NCBI GenBank assembly: GCA_951406725.2
Contig: OX597823.1
Coordinates: 27,962,001 to 28,026,000, forward strand
Reading direction: 5' to 3'
Origin: Octopus vulgaris
Lineage: Eukaryota
Length of the DNA stretch: 64,000 bases
Each line of letters opens with the position of its first letter. Position 1 is the first letter of the stretch. The notes below the pieces were generated by a model that ran no database searches, was not told the origin of the DNA, and worked only from the letters and a program-made list of their open reading frames with translations. The translations under genes and the position numbers were made by a program. This document shows positions 30,890 through 44,071 of this stretch, in pieces.

Positions 30890-31090
30890 TTCTAAAGGCA
30901 CAAGGCCCAAAACTTTTGGTGAGGGGTTAAGTCGATTACATCGGCCCCAGTACTCAACTGGTACTTAATTTATCGACTCCCAAAAGAGTAAAAAGGCAAT
31001 GTCGACCTCGGCGGGATTTGAACTCAGAACATAGCGGCAGGCAAAAACCCCACTAAGCAATTCGTCCGGCGTGCTAAGGATTCTGCCAAC
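30890..31090 (-). mobile_element. SINE family C
   Basis: Reverse complement of the 15431 copy. Confidence 0.8.
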
Positions 31091-32224
31091 CGGGCACCTT
31101 CGGGACGCTCTGATAATAATAACATGAAACCTACAGCTTAAGTCCCTATGGAGTAACTGCAAATTTCTCATCAGTCTGGCCAAAGTCTTTTTCGTTGATT
31201 CTGATGCCATTTGGCGTGCGACTGATTTCAACTGGTGTGGAGTATTTCTTTTGCTGTTCTCAGATTATTATATTTGGTATGTTCCGCTTGCATTTTATTG
31301 AAGTCTTTGGGATATTTCACGAATATTCTTTCATATAATTTGTGTAATTATCCCTTCCGCACTACTATAGGTTCTTACATTTGTAGGCTCAGGATTTCCC
31401 TTTCTACACATTTTCTTCTATAATTTTCTAGCCATGTCATCAACCCTCATCGGTAACTAACAATAAAACATTTTCGGACAACTTTTTATGTTGTGGGAAA
31501 CATCCTCGGTGTTAATTTCACACTCTTCATTGGTTGTCACATTTAGGTGCATCTTCTGTATCTCTATCTTTCGTGTACCAGAGTGGTTTTGAAAGGAGGA
31601 GAGGGTGTGCTTCTTGTAAAAGCATACATATCTGTCGTCACTTCACGATGAATTACTTTGATTATCTGCTTCTGGTACACTGAAATTTTCTGGGAAGATG
31701 GCCAAACATGATCTTTTGCTGGTATGTACACAGCCTCTCTTCTGATGGCCTGTTGTGGCAGAATTCTCCAACTTCAATTCATATGCTCGGTCAAGAGTCA
31801 GAGAATATTTTCTAATTAACTCCTTTACAACTCTCGTGATGTTATCTGGTTCATGTACGCAAGATAATACATGGCTGGGTTTCAACAATTGATGGTTTGC
31901 TGTTGTCAAAGGGATATGATGCGACACTCAAAAGCTGTTTGAATTAATAGTAAGCTTTTAGGGTTTGCCATCGTTTTAAGTAGAGACGGTGCATATCATT
32001 GTTGATGCGAATATTTCTGATACATGTTAACAATTTTCAGGTTTTATCACCAATCGCTAGGTTTCATCTAGTTTCCAATCAAATAGCTTAGATTTTGGCA
32101 TGAGTGCAGCATCAGTAAATACATTGGAGGTTGTGAAGGAAGTTCTGAGAACCATGTTTTCTTTATCCTGGTGTTATCCACGGTTTCGCATTCCTCTTAC
32201 AGGCTTGCATCTTAAAAGGTGTAG

Positions 32225-32403
32225 GAGGAGGAAAAGAAGAAGAGGAAGACGAAAGAGGAGACGACGACAACGACGACGATGACAATGATGATGATGATGA
32301 TGATGATGATGATGCAGAAGAAGACGAAGAAGAAGAAGAAGAAGAAGAAGAAGAAGAAGAAGACGAAGAAGAAGAAGAAGAAGAAGAAGAAGGATGAGGA
32401 GAA

Positions 32404-32450
<47 letters not shown>

Positions 32451-32500
32451 AGAAGAAGAAGAAGAAGAAGAAGAAAAAGAAGAAGAAGAAGAAGAAGGTG
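32225..32500. repeat. Compound (GAC)(GAT)n(GAA)n microsatellite
   Basis: Direct reading. Confidence 0.95.
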
Positions 32501-33181
32501 ATGGTACATGAGTATTAAAACATAGAAGCGAAGCGGACAATAATATGTGAATGACCGTTAAGAATTAAAGATTGATTTGGCCATTAATTTTGAGGAACGT
32601 TATTGTGTTATATAACTTGAGATCATTGAAGCATGAAAGCAAAGAGGAGTGAAGAGAGACAAATTGTGTGACGACATCGGCATGAAGGCCATATCACGTC
32701 ATGGTTATATTTTCGGCCATTCTTAGTCAGGTGTTCTTTCTCAGAAATGTTTGTATATGTTACCAGGTGTGGGTCAATATAAAGGTCCTCACCCGTTAAC
32801 GAAAACAAAAAAGACCCCAACCTGCTGGGTGTTAACAACTGTATAGAAAACGATTATGAAAAAAAAAAAAATGGCGCAAACGAACCTGGGTGGGTGGGGA
32901 GAGGTTTTCGGAAAATTCACAAGATCTGATTTTTCCCTCATAACTTTCAGGAAAATGGATATAAATTGATTTTTCTTACGGAACCCTACGTTTTAGGCTA
33001 TGGAGAATCCGTTTCTGGTAAATATTGTTTGTAAAATTTCAATTTTTCAAAAAAAAATCCCCGAACTCCCTCCCCACCCAATTCTACAGCCTTGGCCTTC
33101 AAACAGGCTACCCACATGCTAGAAATATCAAGAAAATCTCACAAAAAATCTTACAAAACTATCTCTAACACAATTTTGCTA

Positions 33182-33259
<78 letters not shown>

Positions 33260-33340
33260 GGTCCCGGGTTGAGTCGGGGTTAACCACAGTAAATAAGGTA
33301 CTCAATACATAGCAGAGTAAATTAATTTATTTTATAGAAG

Positions 33341-33392
33341 GAGCTTCTACAGGACTAGAACTGTTTCATTCAAAGAAATCATCAGGAAGCTC
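33341..33392 (-). ncRNA. Type I hammerhead ribozyme (minus-strand twin)
   Basis: GAGCUUC-CUGAUGA-UUUCUUUGAAU-GAAA-CAG-UUCUAGUC-CUG-UA-GAAGCUC. Confidence 0.85.
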
Positions 33393-33449
33393 AGGAGCTT
33401 CCTGATGATTTCTTTTGAATGAAACAGTTCTAGTCCTGTAGAAGCTCCT
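33393..33449 (+). ncRNA. Type I hammerhead ribozyme, canonical core
   Basis: Helix I AGGAGCUUC:GAAGCUCCU (9 bp), CUGAUGA, helix II UUC:GAA, GAAA, helix III ACAG:CUGU. GUA cleavage triplet at 33438-33440. Confidence 0.88.
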
Positions 33450-33454
33450 TCTAT

Positions 33455-33505
<51 letters not shown>

Positions 33506-33549
33506 TATATATATTATATATTACACACACACACACAGACACAGACACA

Positions 33550-33595
<46 letters not shown>

Positions 33596-33599
33596 ATGC

Positions 33600-35193
33600 A
33601 CATGCGCATTGTTTGTTTTTGATTTTGTCGACTACACAGTATAGTAGGGGCAGTAGGACACCGTCTGTGAAAAAACACCACCATGACGCAATTCACTCTG
33701 CCAGAAATTTGGAAACGATTTGCTGTCATTCATCATCATCATTGTTCGACCGTGGTCGAGACAATGAAATTTACCATGCTACGCCAGACTTCACGGTCCA
33801 TCATGGCATTACAGAGGTCCTGTTGTTGGATGCCCGTATCCCTGGAGATTACATCAGGGTAGGAGAGTGTGCGCCCCCTGGTATTGCGAGTAGATGGCTT
33901 CCAGAGGAGAAGAGTAGAAATTACTTCTTTTTCAGTTCTACAACAATGTCCAGCAAACTGGACTCTCCTACCTTTCACAAGAGATGACACAGGTGGTAGT
34001 TTCCCATATATTTGCATTTTGGTTGGATGGCGCTTCCACGAGAGATTTTGAGCTCTCATAAGGAGGCGAGTGTAGGTTCTATCCAACCGCCTCTCAAGCT
34101 TCTTTGATAACGTCCAGGTTTCTGAGCCATATAGTAGAATTGGTTCGACTGTGGCTTTGAATATTTCAAGTTTGAAGTCTCTACTTAGATTTGATAACCA
34201 GATCTTATGCATGTCATTACAGGCTGACCAGGCCATACCCTTTCTAGTTAGAAAGTCTTTTCCAGATGATGATATGTATGACCCAAGATATTTATAATCA
34301 GAAACCATATTTAAGGGCGCATTGTTGAGAGTATGGATGATGCAATCACTGTTGGACAGGCACTTGTTTATGTATTCAGTTTTGGCCTCATTGAGGTAAA
34401 GACCTACACAATTTGAGGCTTGTTCAAGAGATTGTAAAAGAGACTGGGCATTGGAGAGAGAATCACTGTACTGTTTGGCATTCGCACCAGAAATTCCGAT
34501 ACGAACATTTCAGAGTATTCGGGCGTCAAACAGAGGATAGTGCAATCTGAGAACATGTTCCGTGAGTGATAAAATCAAACATCCAGTCAGCATCATGGTG
34601 TTTGGAGTGATCACTAGTGATGGCGATGTTATGCCTCCATTCATCCTCCCACACTGCCTCACATTCAACACGGAAGCCTACATCAAGTATCTGGAGCAGG
34701 TAGTGCTGCCCTGGGAGAAGAGGGTGGCTGCTGGAAGACCCTCTGTCTAAGGACTCTGCACCTCAAGCAGGAGAATCCAGTCATTGCTGTCAGACAATTT
34801 CTGCGAACATATCACCCCTAACATCTGGCAATCTAAATCCCCCGCCTGCAACCCCTTTGATTATTATGTGTGAGGTGTAGTTGAGCGAGGGATCAGCAAG
34901 ACTACTTTTAATACCAAAGATGAACTGAAGGCAAGGATTATGGCAGCATTCACCAACTTAAACAAGGAGACCGTCCAGAAGAGTTGCAGGAGATTCCGAA
35001 GTCGTCTGGAAGCCGTGGTTGAAACCGATGGCGATTTTATTGAATAAATTTACTGTTTAGTATTTCAAGATATTTTAATGTAATTTTGGTAAATATATCT
35101 GTTAAAATGAGATGTCAGTGTTATTTTCGTAATTATTATTTTTGTTACTATAATGTTATTTTTGCGTAATTTAGACAATTCATTCACCGCGTC

Positions 35194-35196
<3 letters not shown>
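33600..35196 (+). mobile_element. maT/DD37D-like Tc1/mariner transposon fossil interrupted by an RTE insertion
   Basis: MTQFTLPEIWKRFAV|LFGIRTRNSDTNIS joins across the RTE. Also KHPVSIMVFGVITSDG, DSAP, WQSKSPACNPFDYYV* and LEAVVETDGDFIE*. Ends ...CCTG|TA. Confidence 0.85.
33727..34465 (-). mobile_element. 5'-truncated RTE-clade LINE (RT C-terminal part)
   Basis: Open frame ...VGLYLNEAKTEY...YKYLGSYIS...VEPILLYGSETWTL...AMMDREVWR, with a (TGA)n tail and CTGT on both flanks. Confidence 0.9.
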
Positions 35197-35230
<34 letters not shown>

Positions 35231-35237
<7 letters not shown>

Positions 35238-35593
35238 AAAGGGCTTAGTAAAATAAATTACTTTGCCGCATACTGAACTCATTAGAAATAGCAGCTAAAA
35301 AACTTTTTTAAAAACCATTTCTAATACTAAAGAAAATCTCTCTCGTATAGTAACTCAACTTTCGTGAGTTGAGTTGACCAAACACTATACGAGAGATTTT
35401 CTTTAAGTATTAGAAATGGTTTTTAAAAAGTATTTTAGCTGCTATTTCTAATGAGTTCATATGCAAAGTAATTTATTTTACTAAGCCTTTATATATTGTA
35501 ATATTTGAATTCGCCTTAAATGGTCCCTTTGCATACTGAACACTTGGTGAAATTAATTAATAATTAATTAATTTTACCCTCAATTGTTGAAAT
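35231..35593. repeat. Fold-back insert in (TA)n, about 120-bp arms plus unique tail
   Basis: 35231-35351 is the reverse complement of 35384-35496. The spacer holds a small hairpin AACTCAACT:AGTTGAGTT. Confidence 0.85.
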
Positions 35594-35600
35594 TATATAT

Positions 35601-35709
<109 letters not shown>

Positions 35710-35799
35710 AAATGCTTATATGTGCATGTATGAATACGCATGTATGAGTATCAATATGCTCATGTGTTTATGGATTTTGTTGCGCATTTATCTCTCTAT

Positions 35800-35866
<67 letters not shown>

Positions 35867-37274
35867 TACAAGTATGTCACAAAGCACAGGCATAACCCAC
35901 AACCATTCAGGCATACGTATATTTTACATTCGTTTCGTATTCGTTCTTCGCTCATTTTCTTTCAACATTGCGTTTATTTAATAGTATTATCACCTCACCG
36001 CCACCCTTTCAAAAAAAATCTTTTTGCCATTCAACTATTAATGATATTGGCAGCAATTGCTCTGATGGTAGCCTGAGAATTGATGGAATATCGGTGGCTG
36101 AGAGCTATTTCACAGATAAAATGGAGTATTTGAATGAAAAAAAAAATAACAGCAACATAAAAATTGAAAATAACAACCGAACGATAGTTTGTTTCTAAAT
36201 GACTGATAACGAAAAGATTAAATGAAACCAACTTCGAATAAAATGATTTCTTACTGTGAAAAGAACGAGGTTAATTGCGAGCCAACGGCATGCTGAAAGC
36301 AGCAGCCGAATTTCCCTCCACTTGGACAATACTTAGAAGATGGGAGAAATATACGGGTTAAGGTGGATCAGGTTTGTTTGAACCATGCTAAGCACATGAC
36401 AGTACTATCATCTCAGGGAGTAATTCCTTCGTGTGGTTGTTCAATCAGGGCTGAAGAGAGGTTGAAGGAAAGAGGTAATATATATTACTGGTATGTCTGT
36501 GTTAATACGACCCGATGAGGGAACTTCTTCGTGTTCGTCTCATTTGAAAAAATAAAAAAGAAGCAAAGAATTCTTCTTCAAATGTCACCCAGTTGTTTCA
36601 AAAGAAAAAAAAGATATGTTGCAAAATATGGGGATGGTCGCAGCTGGAATAACTTTGATCATAGGTCTGCTTAAACAGGGATGACTAGAGACTGAATATT
36701 GAATACAGGTAGCAGTTACTATTTATTAACAGAGGAAGGATGGAATGGAAAAACATATTTATGGAAAACCCTAATAATTTGTTTTGTCGTTTTATACTAG
36801 CTGTTGTTGTTATTGATGCTGTCTTAACTGCTTGCCTGGATGGGACAAAGAAGGCTTTTGTAGCTTTGGGTGAAACATACAGAGATTGTCGTTGGTTTTG
36901 TTGCTCTTGTTACAAGCGTTATTGTGGTCCATTTCTATTTACAATTTCGGTTTACGCTTTGCCCTTATCCTCTGTTTCAAAATTGACTGGTATGGTGTTA
37001 TATGTTCTCCATCTCTCAATAAAGGAGATCTCACTTAAAGTATCTACAAAACTGTCTCCATCTCCTAGAATAGAACAAGGAAAGCACCCATGATTGTAGT
37101 AAAACACTGGCAAATTATCTTTTTCCTCTTTTTCTGGTGGACTGGGGGAACCCTTCGACTGTGTTGCGAGCATAATTCTACCAAGCTCAGGTTTTCCTTT
37201 TAGTAAAAATGCTGCACGTCTTTTAGTTTTTACTAGGAAAGTAGGAAAGTAATGGCTATGCATGGATGCCTTTA

Positions 37275-37910
37275 TACTAGAAGTAACGTAGCAAGACTAT
37301 ACCAACTTAGGAAGCAAGGGTGAAGAGGACTGTTTGGAATAGATGATTGTGTTGTGAAGGAGATCAAGTCCTTGCATGCCTATCTGAAGAATAGTAATGA
37401 AAGAATGTTGCAGGCTGCACTTAAGGAGAAGTTGATGAATGACAATGGAAAGACCCCCACCCACTTAAGAGTACAATTTGAGGACTAACAGGGAAAAAAA
37501 CATCAACTGGAAAGAGAAAGTTTTACATGGAGAGTGTTTTCAATAAACAGCGAATGAAGCTGATGAAGAATCCTGGAGCTGGTTTAGATATGACTCTTTA
37601 AAGAAGGAAACGGAAGAATTGATTTTTGATGTTCAAAAACACGCTTTACGTAATATCAATTGTAGCATTGATAAGGCAGCCGAATCACCGTTGTGTTGGT
37701 CGTATGTGGAAATAATCTGAGACATATATATAATTAGTGGATGCTCCAAACTAGCCCGAAAGGAATAAAAAACAAAACAAAAATGCCATGATAAAGTAGC
37801 AGTGCAAATATACTGGGTGTGTGTGTGTGTGCAAGAAGTATGGACTTGAATGTTTCAGCAAGTGGTATGAGCACTGATCTTTATCTGTAGCAGAGAATAG
37901 GACATATCAA
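37275..37910 (+). pseudogene. Decayed R4/Dong RT thumb and zinc-knuckle region, ending at (AAT)n
   Basis: RSNVARLYQLRKQG*RGL, WKEKVLHG, SWSWF...LKKETEELIF, IISGCSKLA, HDKVA, CKKYGL...KWYEH. Confidence 0.8.
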
Positions 37911-37959
37911 TATAATGATAATAATGATAATAATAATAATAATAATAATAGTAATAATG

Positions 37960-38046
<87 letters not shown>

Positions 38047-38598
38047 TTCCTTTATAATAAATATGCTATCTAACTGAAGCACAAGGACAATAGTTTTGAG
38101 GAATTACTCTTTACCACTGACCCCAGTACTTTTCTAAGATTTCCTTTTACCGACTCCTTAGAGGCAACATTGTTCTCAGTAAGATCTGAACTCGAAACGA
38201 AAAAACACCGAAATGTATTTCTCCCCGACGTGCTAAACGATTCGTTGCTATTAACTATTGCGTGCGATAAATATGTTACTAATTTATCGATCAGTGATTA
38301 GTCATTCTAGTCTTTCATAAATAATATTTCCTCTTACATATTCTCCAGAAGCTGTTGTTGAAACTTGAACAAATGAGGGAGGCTCTGCGTCGTCACTGAT
38401 TCTGCTTGAATCAACAACTAAATCTCCCTCAAATCACCGTTAAAAACACGAAATACACGTTTGATAATAGCTATCGACGCATTGCCTCAAATAAAGTCTG
38501 GATGGCCATGGCTGGGATACTAGCTAGAAGGTCTTGCGAGATTACATAACAATAACAACAATATATTGTAATTACATATCAATATTTCCCATGTTAAT

Positions 38599-38785
38599 GG
38601 CGGTGAGCTGGCCGAATCGTTATCAAAATATTTTGTGGCATTTCGACCATCTTTACGTTCTGAGTTCAAAAGCCGCCGAGGTCAGGTTTACTTTTCATTC
38701 TTTCGGGTTTGATAAAACAAGTACCAGTTGAGTACTGGGGTCAATGTAATCGATTTATCCTCTACCCGATCTTGCTGGCCTTGTG
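38599..38785 (+). mobile_element. SINE family C (diverged)
   Basis: GGCGGTGAGCTGGC head and central domain. Confidence 0.7.
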
Positions 38786-40330
38786 CCAATATTTGAAATC
38801 AATATTTTCTTTGTTACCGGGCGACACCTTACTAGCTAAACTTGTCCGCTGTATAGGTTCTTCAAGCACAAAAGGGTCGTGTCTATGTGACCCTTTCATT
38901 TCCACATAGAAAATCATTTACTTGTTAATCTATTCTTTCATGATTGGAAATAGTTTCGCCAAATCCTTTTCCATTTATCAATACTACTAGCTTTCTAATT
39001 GTGTTTCTATACAGCTTTGTCTCTTTTTCTTCTCTTATAAAATCTGATTGGTTACCGTTTCTTACAATTTGTCGGTCTTTTCTACAACTATTTAGAATTT
39101 CATTTGAATATATTTGGAAATCATCCAATATCTTGTTCTAATAGTGTCCGCATCCTCCAACAATAAGTATATTTATTCTGTTGTTCCAGCAGTTTTTCCC
39201 TCAGTAAAATCGCTTCTGTTTTTAAAGGAATCGAATGATTTTAACTGAAATTCTGTATATTTTGTTAAATATAAATTTGCATTGCAAATCTAAATTTTGT
39301 TTTGTGTATTTGCGAAGTTTTTCTTTTTTTTTTCTGTTATATTTGTAATGTTTTCACCCAATATAATTTTCCTAACTAAATACTGTCTTGCATTTTTAAA
39401 ATTCGTAAATTTTTGTTACTTTCACTAAATTGTCTTCGCCATACTTTTACATTCATAAATATAAAATGCTAAGAGATAACTTGGACAGTGAATCTAATAA
39501 AAAAGTGGTTTTTAAGGTTTTAATAAATGGAAAATAATAGCAGACTTGAGATACCTGATTGATATATAGTAGAAATACGCTCCATAATTATTCAAAACCG
39601 CAAGACTGTGGCAAATATTGAACTAATAATACTAACAGACCTTATTTCAGAAGAAAAGACTGAGAAATAGGAATAAGATCTGTGTATCGTATGGTATCAC
39701 TCAGAGTGCATCTCCTAAAAACAAAAACAAAACAAAAAAAACAGAGACTGAAATAAATGCATCAACGACAAAACGAAGCGGAAATCGTGTTGTAGATCTA
39801 GGAGCGAATTTCTCAAGAGACACCCACTTTTGGAAGAGTTTCTATGTAAGCTCAGAACTGCTGGTCATGCGTACCTCTACAATGTGACCTTGTGGAGAAA
39901 CACTGAACAAAAAGAAATTGATGCATTGATGTTATCCCCAATATTGAGAATGATGCGGCTATCATCAGGAAGTGTAACCTCTTGGACTCGTGACCTTTAC
40001 ATCACAATTTGAAGCTTATGCTTTTGTTGCCTAAAAGCATGAGATAGTCACAAAACATGTCTTCGTGAAAAGGGTCAGTACAGCACCTAAAGACCTACCA
40101 TGTGATGGAAATTATCGATTATGTTGCATTACTGCAGATATCCTAAAATATTATTAAGGTATTACCTTCCAATGCGTTATATTGTTCCTAAAGCATAATC
40201 CGATGATATCGGTTGGAAAAACTGATTTGTGATAAATTTAGAGATATTTGTGATATTGACTATATCCATACGCTTCAGCGTAAGTTATGAGTGTAGAACG
40301 GGGTCTATTACACGTGTGTAATAGGCCGTG

Positions 40331-40718
40331 TATTCTTTTATTCTTTTATTTGTTTCAGTCATTTGAATGCGGCCATGCTGGAGTACCGCCTTTAGTTGAA
40401 CATACTGACCCCAGGACTTATTCTTTGTAAGTCTAGTACTTACTCTATCGGCCTCCTTTGCCGAACCGCTACGTTACGGGGACGTAAGCACACCAACATC
40501 GGTTGCCAAGCGATAGGGGCGGGCAAACACAGACACACAAACACACACACACATATATACGACGGGCTTCTTTCAGTTTCCGTCTACCAAATCCATTCAC
40601 AAGGCTTTGGTCGGCCTGAGGCAATAGTAGAAGACACTTGCTCAAAGTGCCACGCAGTGGGACTGAACCCGGAACCATGTGGTTGGTAAGCAAGCTACTC
40701 ACTACACAGTCACTCCTG
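40331..40718 (-). mobile_element. SINE family A
   Basis: Nearly the same as 13853-14264. Confidence 0.88.
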
Positions 40719-41294
40719 GTTGTTTAAAATACAAAAGAAAAAATATATGAAGGTACAGAGGTCACCTATCCTACAGGTATATTTATTTTTCTCAGTAAGT
40801 GAGAAATAGATTTTCGAGTATTTGAGCTTACATATTCTATCTCTTCTTTCCGGATAATAGCTAAATATTTGAACCGATAATCATTAGTGAACTTTGTCCT
40901 GTTGCTAAATATTCAAATATTAATCTCGAATACCTGGTAGGGTTTCACATAAAGAACGGGATGTAGAAACGAACAGTTTACAAATTTCGTTTGTTTGTGG
41001 AGCAGCGAAAATATACGGGTTTTTTCTAAAGTTCAACATGTTTACTGTTCGTTGTTTTGTTGACTAAAGTTTAGCTGTGGGGCTTTGTTACCCAGCTCTT
41101 TCTGTATTGGTTGAATTAAAAAAATTCAAAAAGATATTATACATATATGTACGTATATCCAGTGGCGGACTGGGTCTAAAAATATTTGTGAGTGGATTTG
41201 GCTGGATTTGGGCAAGTGTCTTCTACTATAGCCTCGGGCCGACCCAAAAACCTTGTGAGTGGATTTGGTAGACGGAAACTGAAAGAAGCCCGTC

Positions 41295-41327
<33 letters not shown>

Positions 41328-41330
<3 letters not shown>

Positions 41331-41710
41331 AAGCACTCCGTCGGTTACGACGACGAGGGTTCCGGTTGATCCGAATCAACGGAACAGCCTGCTCGTGAAA
41401 TTAGCGTGTAAGTGGCTGAGCACTCCACATACACGTGTACCCTTAACGTAGTTCTCGGGGATATTCAGCGTGACACAGAGAGTGACAAGGCCGGCCCTTT
41501 GAAATACAGGTACAACAGAAACAGGAAGTAAGAGTGAGAGAAAGTTGTGGTGAAAGAGTACAGCAGGGATCACCACCATCCCCTGCCGGAGCCTCGTGGA
41601 GCTTTTAGGTGTTTTCGCTCAATAAACACTCACAATGCCCGGTCTGGGAATCGAAACCGCGATCCTATGACCGCGAGGCCGCTGCCCTAACCACTGGGCC
41701 ATTGCGCCTC

Positions 41711-41711
<1 letters not shown>
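41328..41711 (-). mobile_element. tRNA-derived SINE family B
   Basis: Reverse complement starts GGAGGCGCAATGGCCCAGTGGTTAGGGCAGCGG...GGTTTCGATTCCC. Near-identical to the 55869 and 57132 copies. Confidence 0.9.
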
Positions 41712-41788
<77 letters not shown>

Positions 41789-41874
41789 TATATATACATA
41801 TATATATATATACATATATATATACATATATATATATTTAAAAAAAGGAGATGTCGAACACGAGTGGTGATATA

Positions 41875-42159
41875 TAAAAAAGGAAATGAAGAAAATGCTG
41901 ACAAATAATTGAAGTAATTTAAGTAATTTAATTAGGTGAAAGTTCTTTTTACCGGTTGCGCATTTGTTATGCTTATCAAAATATAAAAGAGAGATTAGAG
42001 TCTGTCTCTTATATGTGACACATATAAGAGACAGACTCTAATCTCTCTTTTATATTTTGATAAGCATAACAAATGCGCAACCGGTAAAAAGAACTTTCAC
42101 CTAATTAAATTACTTAAATTACTTCAATTATTTGTCAGCATTTTCTTCATTTCCTTTTT

Positions 42160-42161
<2 letters not shown>
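41875..42161. repeat. Perfect palindrome, 143-bp arms, 1-nt loop (42018), in (TA)n
   Basis: Centre ...CTCTTATATGTG-A-CACATATAAGAG. No mismatch seen by eye between the arms. Confidence 0.92.
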
Positions 42162-42203
<42 letters not shown>

Positions 42204-43134
42204 CATATATATACATATATATATGTATGTATATATATATCTGTATGTATGTATGTATAGGCTTGTGTGTCTGTGTTTGTCCTCCCACCTCGCTTGACAG
42301 TTGATGTTGGTGCGTTTACGTCTCCGTAACGTAGCGGTTCGGCAAAAGAGACCGATAGAATAAGTACTAGGCTTACAAAGAATAAGTTCTGCGATCGATT
42401 TGCTCAACTAAAGGTGATGCTCCAGCATGGCCGCAGTCAAATGATTGAAACAAATAAAAGAATATATATATATTTGTATATGCATATATATATACAAACA
42501 CGCACATATTCACACATACATATGTATACACCTACACTCACACATCCACACACACACAAACATGTACATACATTCATAGCCACCAACACACGTATGTCTG
42601 TATGATTGTGCTTGTTTTGTGTGTACGCAGTGAGATGCATGTGCATATGTAGTTATGTATGTGTGCGTGTGTGTGTATTTGTTTGTGTGTGTTTGTGTGT
42701 GTGTGTGTGAGTGACTGAATGAAGAAGTATTCAAATTTGTAATTCACTTAATCCGATTATAAACTCCAGTCAATAAATCTGAGCTGTTAAATATGTTACC
42801 CAACTCCTACAGCTATAGAAGCCGTCGTACATTTGATCATCAAACATCTTTAACCAGAGATCAGGTTTCGAATTTTGTTGAAAAGCGTGCATAGAAAACA
42901 AGACATTTCAACCACATTCATTCGTTCTGTTTCGTACATCGAGGTCTCTATCGGCCAGCGTGTCTGTCTTTTTTTGAGGCTCAAGAATGAGATTTGAGGG
43001 TATCTGGCTGCCTTTTCTAGTAACTCGAGTGACCACGTCCTACAATAATAGCCAAAGTGGCTGAGAGTATGGGATGTGAAGGGGGGAAGATATGGAGAAA
43101 AATGGAAGGAAAATGAAAGACAGGATTTGATTGG

Positions 43135-43144
43135 ATAGATAGAT

Positions 43145-43183
<39 letters not shown>

Positions 43184-43350
43184 TACATAGCAAGATAGAT
43201 AAATAGATATATTGATAAATAGATAGATTGATAAATAGATAGATTGATAAATAGATAGATTGATAAATAGATAGATGGGTCGATGGCTAGATAAATAGAT
43301 AGAAAGATAAATAAATTGTTAGATAAATAGATAGATAAATAGATAGAGAA
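43135..43350. repeat. (GATA)n/(GA)n with derived 16-mer GATTGATAAATAGATA
   Basis: Direct reading. Confidence 0.9.
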
Positions 43351-44071
43351 GGAATAAAGTGAAGCGGTGAGAAGAGAGAGTATGTACCCGGTTACAGCGC
43401 TTGTATCAATTGAATCCGATTATTACAAATGGTTTAGTGGATGTGTGGCGAGAAGATGTGGAGACAAACGGCAGATTGAAACCAACTGCATTGTATCTGC
43501 TGCAAATGCACATCTGCGATTAATGTACATATTCTTTACCCAATCCTTATTTTATTGCATGTCAGCTTACTGCACCCGCAAAATTAACTTTAAATCTGAT
43601 TCTTAAATCACGCCAACTCGTTAACTTTGCTGACTATCTCCTTCAGAGTAAGACGGTGAATGATGATCGTGGTGGTGGTTGTTGGTGGTGCTGGCAGTAA
43701 TTTGGTATGGAATACCAGACTTCAGTAAATTTTGGCTCCAACGGAGCGGTATCAACTTTAATCTATGACAAATGTAATCTGTGATGTTGATCAAGGCAGC
43801 TTACAGTCACTGTTGATCATCCATCAAATGTATAGATGCGAAAGCGTAAAATCATTTGTTTCTCTCGGTCACTACGTTCAGCTTTCAACGATCCAGTCTT
43901 TCCAGCTGTAGAAAGATACCACGTTGTGGAATGGTTCAAAACTGCAAGAAAGCGTGCCGTAGCTCTTAGGTGGTTCAGGGGTCCTGATGAAAGCGCTAAA
44001 TCTGATTCAGTTTTCAATTTATGAATTGCATCACGATTATAACCCAGGGTATATTAAAAAATTAATGAATA

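Larger units (their letters stand above)
33257..33460. mobile_element. Fold-back insert in (TA)n carrying two divergent hammerheads (PLE-end-like)
   Basis: Arms 33328-33392 and 33395-33460 differ by one indel. Unique 70-bp tail on the left. Confidence 0.8.
41185..42462 (+). mobile_element. SINE family A split by nested insertions in its internal (TA)n
   Basis: The 5' half ends GAAAGAAGCCCGTCG at about 41296. The 3' half resumes TGTGTCTGTGTTTGTCCTCCC at about 42265. Confidence 0.8.

Noticed and set aside
38880-39530. Possible L1-type endonuclease relic on the minus strand
   Set aside because: Too degenerate to support by eye. Needs tBLASTn or HMM confirmation.
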